In this document: in pieces, positions 50,431 to 61,850 of the stretch
How positions within the stretch are numbered: position 1 is the stretch's first letter
Layout of the letters: each line of letters opens with the position of its first letter
Assembly (NCBI RefSeq): GCF_009834535.1
Contig: NC_045696.1
Coordinates: forward strand, 72,728,001 to 72,792,000
DNA: 64,000 nt
Direction: 5' to 3'
From: Camelus ferus
Taxonomy: Eukaryota
The notes under the pieces: generated by a model
Told to the model about the DNA's origin: nothing
Seen by the model: only the letters and a program-made list of their open reading frames with translations
Database searches by the model: none
Position numbers and translations under genes: made by a program

Positions 50431-51189
50431 CTCTCAGTCTGCCTATCTATTGTACCCATACCAGCCATTCAGAAGGTTGAGGTTGGACATGTCAATGGAC
50501 CCACAATCAATTTGCAAGGAAATGACATATAATATTCAGTGGGAACTTCTCTGGAATCATTTGTTGTTGTCCTGTTTCTTCCTTTGATTATTCAAACCTT
50601 ATTTGAGTTCATAAGTGTTATTAAGTGAGAAGATGTCCACTGAGAGGACTAGATAAGAATTCAAAATGATCATGGTTTATGAAGAGTGAATAAAAAACAA
50701 AAAATTACGATGTATTAATGTATCTAATTCATTAGTAATAGCAACTTGTATTTGTATAGCTCTCATCTTTGTAATACACTCTAAGATATTTTATCACACC
50801 CTATCTGAGAAAGGGAGAGTGGATATTATTCTCATTTGTGAGATGTTAAAGCCCAGTAGCAATGTGGTCCTTTGAGAAGACTAATTACATAATCATACAG
50901 CCCTAAAGATTAAAGAGGCTTCAGAAGTCATCTGGCCAAGTGACTCTCAGCTAAAATTAAACTGCAGAGGAGTGAATTAGTCTTTACTCTCCTCCCCTCA
51001 AGGGGAGGACTTGACCTCTCAAGTCAGGGAAAGAGGAGTGAGCAGTATTAGAGTGAGAGGTACCAAGTCATGGCCACAGCAGCCACAGATAAAGAAAGGA
51101 CTGGGCTCAAAGCAGTGTACTTTTTTTCTCTCTTGTCTAAGCACCTGAGATCGGGAATCAAAGATGGAGACCACCTACGCCTCATGGGT

Positions 51190-51672
51190 AATCACTCAGT
51201 CTCTACTCAAACACGCTATGATCTACTTCCTCTCCTATCTGGCCTCCTATCACTTTCACCCTTGCTCATTTAATTTTGGCCCCTCTGACCTTCTTGCTGT
51301 CTTCAGAACATGACAAGCTCTATCTCCTATCATGGTCTTTGCGCTGTCTGTTCCTCTCTCCTAGAAAAGTTCTTTCATCAGACCTTCTCATGGCTTTCAG
51401 TTGTCTGCTCAAATATCACCCCCAAGACACATTTCTATCCAAAAAAAACCTCCTCTGCATTCCTTTATTCCTTTAATCTGCTTGATTTTCCCTCAAAGCA
51501 CACATCACTACTGGAAACTATGTTTTTTGTCTGTTTCTTCCACTAGAATGTAAACTCCGAGCGTGGGGACCTTGCTTTCTTGTTCCCTGTTGAATTTTCA
51601 GTTCTTACAGCAGTGCCTGTGACATAAAAGATGCTCAATAAATATTTGTTGAGTAAGTGAATGAGTGAATGA
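51190..51672 (+). mobile_element. L2 3' end
   Basis: cactagaatgtaaactcc...cagtgcctgtgacataaaagatgctcaataaatatttgttgagtaagtgaatgagtgaatgaa. Confidence 0.85.
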
Positions 51673-51846
51673 ACCCAGGGCAGAGTCCTGTGGCAGGACG
51701 CAGGGCAACTTCTCTCAGGGTGACATGGGATGATTGTTCAAGCAACTGGAAATTCATCTAAACAATATTACTAATCAGTTTTCCCATCAGGGTTATGAGA
51801 AAAACTCTCAAAGACCTTGGGGAGTCAAGAGACTCCCATTGCCTAC

Positions 51847-52350
51847 TGTGTTAGTCTCCTATCACTGCTGTAACAAATAACCACACATTTAGTGGCTTAA
51901 AACAACACAGATTTATTATCTTACAGTTCTGGAGATCAGAAGGCCAAAATGGGTCTCACTGAGATAAAAATCAAGGTGTCTGTAAGGCCATGTCCCTTCT
52001 GGAGGCTCTAGAGGAGAATCACTTTCTTACCTTGTCCAGCTTTTAGAGACTGCTAGCATTCCTAGGCTCATCACACCCTTTCATCTTCAAAGGCAGCGAT
52101 GGCCAGAAGAGTCTTTTATACAGGGCATCACTCTGCCACTGACTCTCTGCCTCCCTCTTCCACATTTAAGGAGCCTTGTGATTACAATGGGCCCATCAAG
52201 ATAATCCAGGCTAATCTCCCCGTTCAAATTCAATTGATTAGTAACTTTAATCCCATCTACAACTTTAATTCCTCTTTGCTGTCACCTGATTTATTCACAG
52301 GTTCAGGAATGAGAATGAGGACATCTTTGGGGGCTATTATTCTGCCTATA
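51847..52350 (-). mobile_element. MLT1D-like MaLR solo LTR with 5-bp TSD
   Basis: ctgctgtaacaaataaccac...tggcttaaaacaacacagatttattatcttacagttctggagatcagaag...ttgggggctattattctgccta; CCTAC at 51842-51846 and 52351-52355. Confidence 0.9.
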
Positions 52351-52370
52351 CCTACCAATCCATAATGTTA

Positions 52371-52407
52371 TGTGTGTGTGTGCATGCGTGTGTGTGTGTG
52401 TGTGTGT
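52371..52407. repeat. (TG)n microsatellite
   Basis: Direct reading. Confidence 0.95.
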
Positions 52408-52418
52408 TTTAAATAACC

Positions 52419-53070
52419 AGAATTTGTTCTTGGAGAATCATGTTGAATCTTAATATGTGCTGCTTTCTTCACAATGTGCTCACGCATTCGCCAACATAAA
52501 AATCTACTCTATTTCTGCTGGAAAACAACACTAAGTTCATCAGACTAATGCTTTATCCTTCTTGCTCTTTAGAAAAGAGGGATGGTGTTCGTCCCTCTGT
52601 CTTCTAACTCTTCTCTTGTTCTCCGTGGTTTCTTGGGAGCAGCAAGACTGGTTCTTTGATCATATCTTTTAGGTATTTCAACATCCTGGGATGCAGTCCT
52701 TCCAAACATAGACGTTTTCTCATTAATGGCACTTAATTGTCTCTCTCTTCATCTGTCTGGGATCTGTTTCCTCTTTGCATTATTTATTTTGCCCACTTGG
52801 TTTGAAGATTATTCTTCTAGTTAGATCAGTCCACAGGCAAATTGAAGTGATTCCTGGTAACAAAGCAAAAAGATTCTCCAAGCAAGGGTACCTAACATTA
52901 ACCAGAGCCATTCTATATCTCCCCAGAGTTTAGAGGACGTGTTTCCCCATGCCCTCCACTTTCATTTTCACACCTTTTAAATTTTTCTTTCTTGAAAGCA
53001 ACTTTATACTTCTTTAGCATTTTTTACCAGCTTCAACTCCTTCTGGTCTCATTTGAATACACTCTGTTTA
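52419..53070 (-). mobile_element. L3/CR1 LINE reverse-transcriptase fossil
   Basis: Frameshifted minus-strand translation QLSAINEKTSM / LEGLHPRMLKYLKDMIKEPV / KKPRRTREELEDRGTNTIPLF* / EHIVKKAAHIKIQHD aligns by eye to CR1 ORF2 motifs (KSMGPDGIHPRVLKELADVIAEPL..EKSWRTGEVPEDWRRANVVPIFKKG..QHGF). Confidence 0.8.
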
Positions 53071-53749
53071 GGATCTCTCTTTTGTGTGTGTAGTATTTAT
53101 GAATCTTAAATCTTAAGCCCAGGAGAGAGAATGTCTACTCCAAGGCCCTCGTGAGCAAGGAATGGCCCATTGAAGGTCCCATGTGGCTGAGCAGCCTATG
53201 GGTCTAACTCTCTGGCTCTCAGGGCTGGTCCATGGCACTTCCCACCAGTCTCTTCCCTCATCGTGCCTTCTCTCTTCCATCTCTCCTAGGAGTCCTTTCA
53301 AACATAAGCTCATCAGAGAGCCCCCTTGGCAGTCACAAAAGCTTCTTCAGATGTGTCTCCCTGTATTCACATGGAGATTATTCATGCATGTATGATCAGA
53401 ATTACATTTTTCAAACTCCCTTATCTCCTTTGAGCTATGCTCCCTTTTAAAGTCTCTGTCTATAGAATGATGCCATATTTCTTAGGAGTCATTTCTTTGA
53501 TTTAGGGGAAAAAAATGCATTCTGAATGCCCAAAGAACACATTTGACTGTGCTCAGTCATCCCTCCTTCAACTATTTTTAACTCTTAAAAATGCACTCAT
53601 TTTCTCCCATAATCCCCCTCACCTTCACAGGCATCCCCTTGCTAATGAGAAGTTCAGAGCAGTAGTAGCCTCTACCTTCTGGGAGATCAAATTGGTGATA
53701 AAGCACAGCAAGGTAAGTATTTCTCTGATTTCCTGATTTTAGCACAATA

Positions 53750-53935
53750 AAACTTCCTGCCAGTGACTCAGTGGTACGTGTTCTATTTGCTAGCTGTGTA
53801 ACTTCCCTGAGACTTAATTTGCCCATCTGTCAAATGGGGTGGGGGGATAGCTACCTTACTTGTTTTTCTTAGAGTTTCCAGGGAGGATAAAATGAAAAAA
53901 ATATATATGAAAACGTCTTGGAAAGTGAAAGCTAA
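53750..53935 (+). mobile_element. MIR SINE fragment
   Basis: tatttgctagctgtgtaacttccctgagacttaatttgcccatctgtcaaatgggg. Confidence 0.7.
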
Positions 53936-54547
53936 ATAAACAGAAGTTCTTAATCGGACTTCTCCCAAGGTCCAAAGTACACGAGCAAAGACCTGCAGAA
54001 GTAATAGACCAGAACTGCCTGGCTGAGCAAAGGCAGCGAAACTGGATCTGAGGCTCAGAAAATGCCAGACAATTCTGAAATGCAGGGCTGTTGCCTGTTG
54101 CAGGGTGTTCATACCATGATCTGTTGTGAGCCTACAATTCAGAGAGAATAAGGACAACTCAGAGAAAGGGATGCAAACGTTGGGACATGAAACCTATGTA
54201 GACTAAAGAAATTGACTGACAGGCTTCAGCCCGGAAAAGATACGTTTAATAGGTGACCTATTCATTCAACAAAGAGTTAAGCTGACTATTTACAAAGTGT
54301 GTAGGGCTTTGTGGGAGGGGCAACGATGTAAAAGACATGGCCTCTGTTCTCAATGAGCTATCAATTGAGTAAATACTGATTTTCAAATTCCAAATATTTA
54401 TGCAAAAAAGTTCAAGTGTCTACTACAGAAACTTAAACATCCAACTTGTTGAATGTGGAGCAGTAAAAATAAAAACATGATTTTTTTTCACCAAATAATC
54501 TGATACATAGAAATACATAAATAAAAGTATAATGTAAAAATTTCTCC

Positions 54548-54800
54548 ATCAGTCAGGGTGGGCTGGGTTATGCTGTCGTAACAAGCAACTCCCAAATTTT
54601 CATCACATAAAACAGTAAATGTTGATTTCTCCTTCATGGTACCTATCTGCTTGGTATATAGGTTATCACTATCAAACCAAGTTTCAGAAATGTGAGTCTC
54701 ATTCCCATGTCTGCCAGGATACAACATAGATAGGACCAATATTAATTAATATGTCTACTGTCCATGAGTAATAGGTGAAAAGAGATCACCCACAAGGCTT
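54548..54800 (-). mobile_element. MLT1 (MLT1K/L-like) LTR fragment
   Basis: tcagtcagggtgggctgggttatgctgtcgtaacaagcaactcccaaatt...aaaacagtaaatgttgatttctc. Confidence 0.65.
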
Positions 54801-55134
54801 TCAAGTCAGTTTCAGTTTGGCCTCTTAGAGCTATGGGTGGTCCATTGTTTGGAGGCCTCTCTGTCCGTGGTGTTCTTCTCAGACCTGTCCTTCGATCCTG
54901 CCATGTGTAGAACAGGGCTCTTAGAAGCCTCATGCAGGCTACTCCCTTTGCCTAGAACATACACTCTGGACTCCCACAGCCACACCACTATCCGCCTAAA
55001 TCTAGTTCTGTGCTAAATTGGTAGCTATAAACTAGACACAAAGGAGCACTCCCTTACATGAAGTTCTAGTCTTAGAAACCCAGATGAGAGTATTTCTTTT
55101 ACCTGAAAAGTTCTACTATGATTTCTTCTGAACA

Positions 55135-55375
55135 GCATTCAGTCAACACACCTGTATCGGATCCCAGCTGGGTGCCAGGCACTGTCCTGGGCTCCTTGTG
55201 GGGAGGCAGATGTTAATCAAATAATTACACAAATGGGTATTCCAAACTGCAAGTAGTGCTAGAAAGGAGAAGAATGGAGTGTTGTGAGTGTGTATAATGA
55301 AGGTTCTAGGAAGGTTTACTCAGGCAAGTGGTATCTGAGCTGAAACCTGAAGGGTGAGTCATAGTTAACTGAGGA
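55135..55375 (-). mobile_element. L2 3' fragment
   Basis: cattcagtcaacacacc...gggtgccaggcactgtcctggg...atctgagctgaaacctgaagggtgagt. Confidence 0.8.
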
Positions 55376-55400
55376 TATGAAATGAACTAATAAACCAGGT

Positions 55401-55688
55401 CAGTGGTTTCCAGCTATGGTACGTTATGAGTCACATCTAACAATAAAACTAATAAAACTTAAGAATGGTTTATATTTTTAAACAAAATTAATTTCAGACT
55501 AATGTTTTAACTACATCATTCTCAATCACCCCCTTGGCATTCCTCTTCCTTCTGTTGGAAAGAATGGAGTTAGGAGCCACGTCCTATGAATTGTACACAT
55601 CCTTGGATTTGCTTCTTAAGGTGCCTTTCTTGGCCTGTGAACATCATTTCTTCATGTGTCTCTATGAAGAAAGGTTGGGAACTAGTGG
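55401..55688. mobile_element. Possible hAT-Charlie MITE remnant
   Basis: Starts cagtggtttccagc and ends ggttgggaactagtg, degenerate CAGTGGTTCCCAA-type terminal inverted repeats. Confidence 0.4.
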
Positions 55689-57034
55689 AGAAGATGACAT
55701 ACCATAAGGAATTCCCGGCTCATGATTCCACCTCATGTCAAGAGAAAGGTCATTCATAGTAGAAAGTGTCGAATGTTACAAAATGTGATTTAACAGCTAT
55801 GGTACGTTATGAGTCACATAACGTATGGTATGATGTAAATAATAATAAGATGATGATTGGTTTATTATTTAAAAATTTTTTAATAAAAATTTCTTTTGTA
55901 AACTTAGTATTGAGGCAAAAATATCTTCAGGGCTGACATGATACAAATTAAATATCACATTGGCTTTTTAAAAAATGTTTGTTCTATTTCTCCCTCACAC
56001 CCCAATCCAGTGTGTTCTATGTGTACATATACATGGTGCATTTTATGCATATTCACCCTCATAACTTGACAGATGGGAGGGGTCTTGCAGTCATTTCTAA
56101 AAGCAGACAAAAGGCCGTTGGTTCTGCTCCGCGTGATGGTTTGTGAAGACAGAATATCACACGCTTCCGTTGATGATTATATAGCTCTTTCCATCTGTCT
56201 GCCCCTGGAGGTAGGGAGACGGAGATACAGCTCCCACCGTCCCCATAAACAAAAGTATACCATGCTGTCACCAGTCAGACACGCCAGCTAATTGGAGCTG
56301 TCGACAGACACAATATTCTGTGTCAACAGCTCTAGTAACAGTTTGAAACAGCAATGATATGTTGGTTGATGGTGAGGATGACACATGTGTCTCTAATAGC
56401 ATGCTAGAAATCTGACATAACTAGAAAAGAATTACTAAAATGTGATTCCTGTCCTCTGGTATTCCTGTTCATACTCACCAATCTCTACAGAGGTGGGGGG
56501 TAGGGAGGAAGACAGAGGAGGGAGGGTGGTTGCAACACATCTTTCTCTGTATCATTTCACCAGCTGACAGCTTAATTTGATACTCATAACGTCTAAGTTT
56601 AAAATTAATCTTGCTAAAAAGATTTGTTTCAACAAGCTACCAAACCATAACTCTTTTGGAAAATTAATAAGGCAACAAAGCTTATTTGTACAGCTTTCTA
56701 AGTTGAGGCTGAATGCAAATGGAGACATTTTTGTCCGTTTACCTTTCTAGAATTATAGATTTATATGATCTTCAGGAAAGTAATTGTTACAGAGTTAAAT
56801 GTATACAACTGCTCATAGATGTAGCTTATTCATAAACTTCATTTTATGATAGACAAAGTAAGCCAAAAATAGAAACAGTTTTGACAAGGCTTTAGAACAT
56901 AATGCAGAAGGTACCTTAATCTCTGCGTAAATTGTACCTGCTAAGAAAGCTTTACATCATGTATTATGCCAAGAAAAAGGGTCCCTTGTTGCTTTCCACC
57001 AATTTATTTATCTTCTAAATAATTTAATCACATG

Positions 57035-57262
57035 ATTGACTGAGTTTGAATTTTAGCTCAGCCACTTACCAGTGTAGACAAGTTAGTTAATCTCTCTGAG
57101 CCTCAATTTTCTCATCCATAAAATGGAGATAATAATATAACCTCCTTCATAGGGTTATAAGGGATTAAATGGGTTACGTGTCAAGTGTGTAGAACAATAT
57201 CTGGTACATCACATAGTAAGTAGTCAATAAATCCCTGTTATTATTATTTTTATTATTATTAT
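57035..57262 (+). mobile_element. MIR SINE
   Basis: caagttagttaatctctctgagcctcaattttctcatccataaaatggagataataatataacctccttcatagggtt. Confidence 0.9.
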
Positions 57263-57339
57263 TGTAGGTTCATTTCCAAGGAAAGCCTTTAGTGATTAAT
57301 GAAAACAAGAAAATGAATCAAAAACAGTTCAAACGCCAA

Positions 57340-57575
57340 AGAGCAAAGGCCTGGGAGTTAAACAGGCCTAAATATAACAGGCCTGGGTATAAATCCTCGT
57401 TCAGACCCTGTGCATGTCACTTAACCTCTCTGAACCTTTATCTCTGTCTGAAAAAGAGTTAATAATACCTACCTTAAAAATATCCTTTGAAGATCTGATA
57501 TAATTTAAAGCAACCAGAACAATTCCCAACATATACCAGGTATTTCATAGATTACAGCAAGAATTGTTATTACTA
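57340..57575 (+). mobile_element. MIR SINE
   Basis: gtcacttaacctctctgaacc...aataatacctacctt. Confidence 0.7.
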
Positions 57576-58559
57576 GCTTACATTATAGAGCACTTTTATT
57601 TTTAGGTTAATTATCTTATTCTATTATTAATTCTTCAAAGAAAAGATGATGACCACTTCACTAAGGAGACAACGGTGCACAGAGTGGTTAAACCAAAGTT
57701 CAGCGGGGATGGGGTTCCTGAGGTTTGGTTAGGTTGCTGTCTTCCAGTTCTGGGCCAGGGTGGTATTTCCATCACCTTTTTGCCAGATGGCCAAGCAGCT
57801 GAAAGCCCCTTCATTTATTTTTCCCAGACCCCCAAATCTGATGTCCTCAGAGGTCTCCATCTCTTACATTTAGAATCAGCCTTAATCCCTACCTTCTCAT
57901 ACCTCATCAATCTTTCCACATTCCTGGGCCCACTATAAATATGAACAAACTGAGGCAGCAACACTCACACCATCACCACCACCACCACCACCAACACAAA
58001 TGCACATGCACATCAGACTTAGATCATTTTGCTCTTTGAAGATATGAAGAAGACAAAGAAAAAAATCTTTCTCTGATAGGCAGATCAGATACTTTTATGG
58101 CAAACACACCACAAAGTAAGATTCTGTACAAGAGAAATTTTCATTTTCCAGCCAATGGCCTATATCAACAACACATTCTTTTAAAGTCTTACTGTTACCA
58201 ATTATATATGAATAGTAAAATAACCCCACCCTATGCAATATAGCTGTGTCTGGTCACTTCACTCCACAATCACTGCATAATATAAAATGTTTCACCTTCC
58301 CTTCCATTGGCTAAGAAGGTAATGGGGCTTTACCCTCTGAGGGGCTAGATGTGCAGCTGAGCTGTGACCACAGGCCTGTTCCCAGGAATCATCTGGGTCC
58401 CTTTCTGAGATCAGGAGAAGAGCAGAACTGACTTTTCTAGGAGGGAATCAGGGCTTCAGCTGGGCTTCTTCATTACTATGCCCAGTAAGCACTTGAACCC
58501 GCTAGCTCAGCTTCTGCACCCAGTGCACCTGCCCTCACTTCCATCACTAGAACCATCTA

Positions 58560-58962
58560 TGCTACCCTCCACATCTCCCCTCCTCTGGGCCTTTGTGCAC
58601 GGCCTGAGCCTGACACACTGCTTCTCCCATGTCTCTAAATGACCAAAGTCAGGAAACTCCACCCAGTCTTCAAGGACCCTCTTGCAGTGACTCCCCTTCA
58701 GAAAGGTTTCCATAATTGTCACTACACCTGTCCCCAGCTGTGGGTAAATCTCTCCTTCTTTTGAATTCTCCCTAATATGGCATTTATTATTTCCTTCCAC
58801 ACATTTTAATTAGTTACATACAGGCCTTATTTTTCCCCCTATATTGTTAGCTCCTTGGGAGCAGGATTCATGTCAGATTCATTTTTGTTTTCCAAACAGA
58901 ACTTAGTGAGTAGTAGATACTGTATAATTCTTGGTTACATGAATGAATGAATAAATAAATGA
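58560..58962 (+). mobile_element. L2 3' end
   Basis: ctccttgggagcaggattcatgtcagattcatttttg...catgaatgaatgaataaataaatgaa. Confidence 0.8.
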
Positions 58963-59384
58963 ACTCCCCTTATCTCTGCGCACTTCAGATATTTAAAATG
59001 CATATGCTTACGTGGACAAAACCAAAACCACACAACATGGCCAGGAGAAGGAAAGGCTTCTACTGGATGTGGCGGAGATTTAAACGATGAGGCATCGGGT
59101 ACATTTTCCCCTTTTATTTTCTTTTAAGAGGAAGAAGCCTGCCTTCTTGAGGTACTTTTTTGAGGTCAAGCTCATTTCTTCTCTAGGCCCTGGGCAGTTT
59201 GAGGATATGGTTTGCAGCAATGTATTTGCTTTAACCCATTCCATTATTAAAGTAATTAGGGTGTTTTAACTTGAAATCTATCATGAAAGAAATTTTGCCA
59301 AATGATCATTCAGACTCATTCACATCAGTGATATCTTTGCTAATTCTTCCTATAAAAGTGGCTGAATTTGCGTAAGCCTTAACA

Positions 59385-59598
59385 GATCGCCTTTGTGTTT
59401 CTGCACGTAATCTCTAAGCCAAGGCGGACGGTTCCAGGTAGACGACTTTCTGGGCGATGGGGCAGAGGTGCCGGTGGCACACTCCCCCGAGGCGTCGCGC
59501 GGTAGAGCACCGCGGAAACCGCAGCCCGGGGGCTGGCGGCGCGCAACAGCACGGGTGCACGAAGTCCTCCGAGGGGGGAAAACTTCGGAGAAACCACC
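59385..59598. promoter_or_regulatory. Small orphan CpG island (possible promoter or enhancer)
   Basis: About 23 CpGs in ~210 bp of GC-rich sequence with sharp AT-rich borders; the only such block in the window. Confidence 0.7.
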
Positions 59599-59689
59599 TT
59601 AGTTCATATTATACAAAATATTTTCACTGATATATCAACGAAAAAGAATAAGCCAGGTTTGTCCTTATTTTTACGATATAGCTTGATAA

Positions 59690-59905
59690 TTTTAAAATAA
59701 TGCTTCTTTAAAATGTTTGATTATAAGTCACTGTAAACATTGTAGAAAGTACAAAGGAGTGAGCAGATCATAATTACTTATCTCGGAGATCACTGTTAAC
59801 CTTTTTGTTGCATTTCCTTCTGCTCCTACATGCACATATGAAAATATATACCTGCGTACTTGAGAATATACGCTCCAAATGGCTACTTAAAACTTAACCT
59901 TATAT
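59690..59905 (-). mobile_element. L1ME-type 3' fragment
   Basis: cactgtaaacattgtagaaagtacaaag...gagatcactgttaacctttttgttgcatttccttc. Confidence 0.5.
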
Positions 59906-59907
59906 AA

Positions 59908-60093
59908 AGTAACATTTCTCAAGCTTGCCTATTGAATAGAATAACCTGAAGAGCTTGTTTAAAATACAGATCTTTCAGAGTTCTCCGCACGGAACCAATT
60001 TACTAAGACTGAGGTGGGGCCCAACAACTGATATTTTTAACAGCTACTCCCTGAGACATGATTTTTATGTTCAGACAAGTTTGAGAAACACTG
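59908..60093. mobile_element. MER5-like hAT-Charlie MITE
   Basis: tttctcaagcttg...agaataacctgaagagcttgtttaaaatacagat...ggtggggccc...tttttaacagct...aagtttgagaaacactg. Confidence 0.8.
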
Positions 60094-61620
60094 ATTTAAT
60101 AAATATATCCTCAGGTATTTAGGTGATTTTGGAACAGAGGAAAACAGTTTAACCTAATTCTCCCAACCTTCTCGCCATGTAGGTCAAATAATCTTACAAA
60201 ACTGGGAAAGTAGGTGCACTGAATGAGCAAGACCGCGGTACCAATGACCCAACTCTCCTTAGCCCTGGCCTCAAGGGGAGCATGGTCCAGACACTCCCCA
60301 TGAGGTTGGGTGGGCCAGAGATAATGCTGGGTTTTTTATGTCCCTTGAAACCAGACTCCAGAAACTTTCCAGGGACTGTCTGAGCAAAATCATTCTCCTT
60401 AGTTCAGAAGGGAACTTTCTGTGCCAGTTTGCCTGTTCACTCCCAGCCTATCACTGTCACTCTGGCATATGTTATTAATAATACAATGCCTTCTTTCCCT
60501 CACTAATACCGTCCCAATTTGGACATTAAGTTCCATGAACACTAACTGGTAGGGTTAGCCCCACCCTCCCATCTGATCCATATATCAGAAACGAGGCTGG
60601 TGTTTGTACTCGCTCCTTCACGTCTAAGACCTTCTTCTTCCAAGATGAGATCTTATTAATGAGTCAACTGCTCCCTTGAATGGAAAGACAATATTTAGTA
60701 AGACTGGGAACCAAACCATCTCATGGTGAGGTCCCCTGGCCAGTGAAAGGCTATTATTTTAGCTTTTTTTCTCAAGACACTTGCATTTTATGAACTAGTT
60801 AAGATGTGCCCTCTTTTCCTTATGGCTCCCAGTAAGATAAGACAAATTTCAAGAAATCTTCTAAGCACTCTGCCGCAAAAAGTTCTGCAAAAAATTGCAT
60901 TTTAATTGTTATAAAAGATTCCACTTAACTTTACCTATTATATACAATTAGCTTTTTAGTGTTTAGTATGATTACTGTAATTTCAGTCAATATCTCCATT
61001 CATCTTTAGTCATTACTCCTTTAGGGCAGAGTCCTAAAAGGTAGCTATGATACTTTAAAGCAATTCTCCTTCCTCAAAAGAACCCTACTTTTCTCAAAAT
61101 TAATAAGTTACAAAGAAACAGGACAAAATGAATGGATTCATCTGCAAAACTCTCATTGGCTGTGCCCAGGACTGTATGACTGAAACAAATGAGATTCAGG
61201 TGTTTCTGTTAAAACCTAGGGCCTCTAGAAACAGTCTTGCCTCTAGAACAACAGCAAGGTGACTGAGCTGCTGCCTATAGTTCCTTCTCCTTCCCTTGGC
61301 TCCTCAGATGGAACAGGAGGGAACGGCTGGATCTGCCCTGCACTGACTGCCCTAGAGACTTGGCACCCACCACCATCTTGCTGATTGCTGGAGACAGGAT
61401 TCTATAGTCACGGAAAAGTCAAAGTGAGGTCCCACTTAGAAGGATTAATAAAACAGAATGAAGGAAAGTGAGACATGTGCTTCATGCAACCAGTTAATTA
61501 GAGAAAGATCAACTTATAAGTAGCTGCAGTCACCAGTATTACCATAAGAATGTGAACAATTGTTCACTCACTGTTCATTTATTCTTTCAACAAATATTTA
61601 TTGAGTACCATCATTTTGCC

Positions 61621-61695
61621 ATATATTCAAATATTGAATCATTATGTTGTACACCTAAATTAGTATAATACTGTGTTGATTACACTTCAATAATA
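61621..61695 (+). mobile_element. Short L1 (L1MA-like) 3' end
   Basis: caaatattgaatcattatgttgtacacctaaattagtataatactg...ttacacttcaataa. Confidence 0.75.
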
Positions 61696-61702
61696 TATAT
61701 AT

Positions 61703-61850
61703 ACCTATATTTATATATGTATGAATGTATACCTATATTTATATATATGTATGATAGTCCACCTATATTTATATATATGTATGAATGTCCACCTGTATTC
61801 ATATATATGTATAAATATACACCTATATTTATATATATGTATAAATATAA
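61703..61850. repeat. AT-rich minisatellite, ~5 x 30 bp (ACCTATATTTATATATATGTATGAATGTCC-like)
   Basis: Units start at 61703, 61731, 61761, 61791 and 61821. Confidence 0.93.

Noticed and set aside
490..53070. The three minus-strand L3 pieces as one fragmented element
   Set aside because: The 0.5-0.8 kb and 4.2-4.4 kb pieces appear to cover overlapping consensus positions, and the third is 48 kb away. Independent insertions are more parsimonious.
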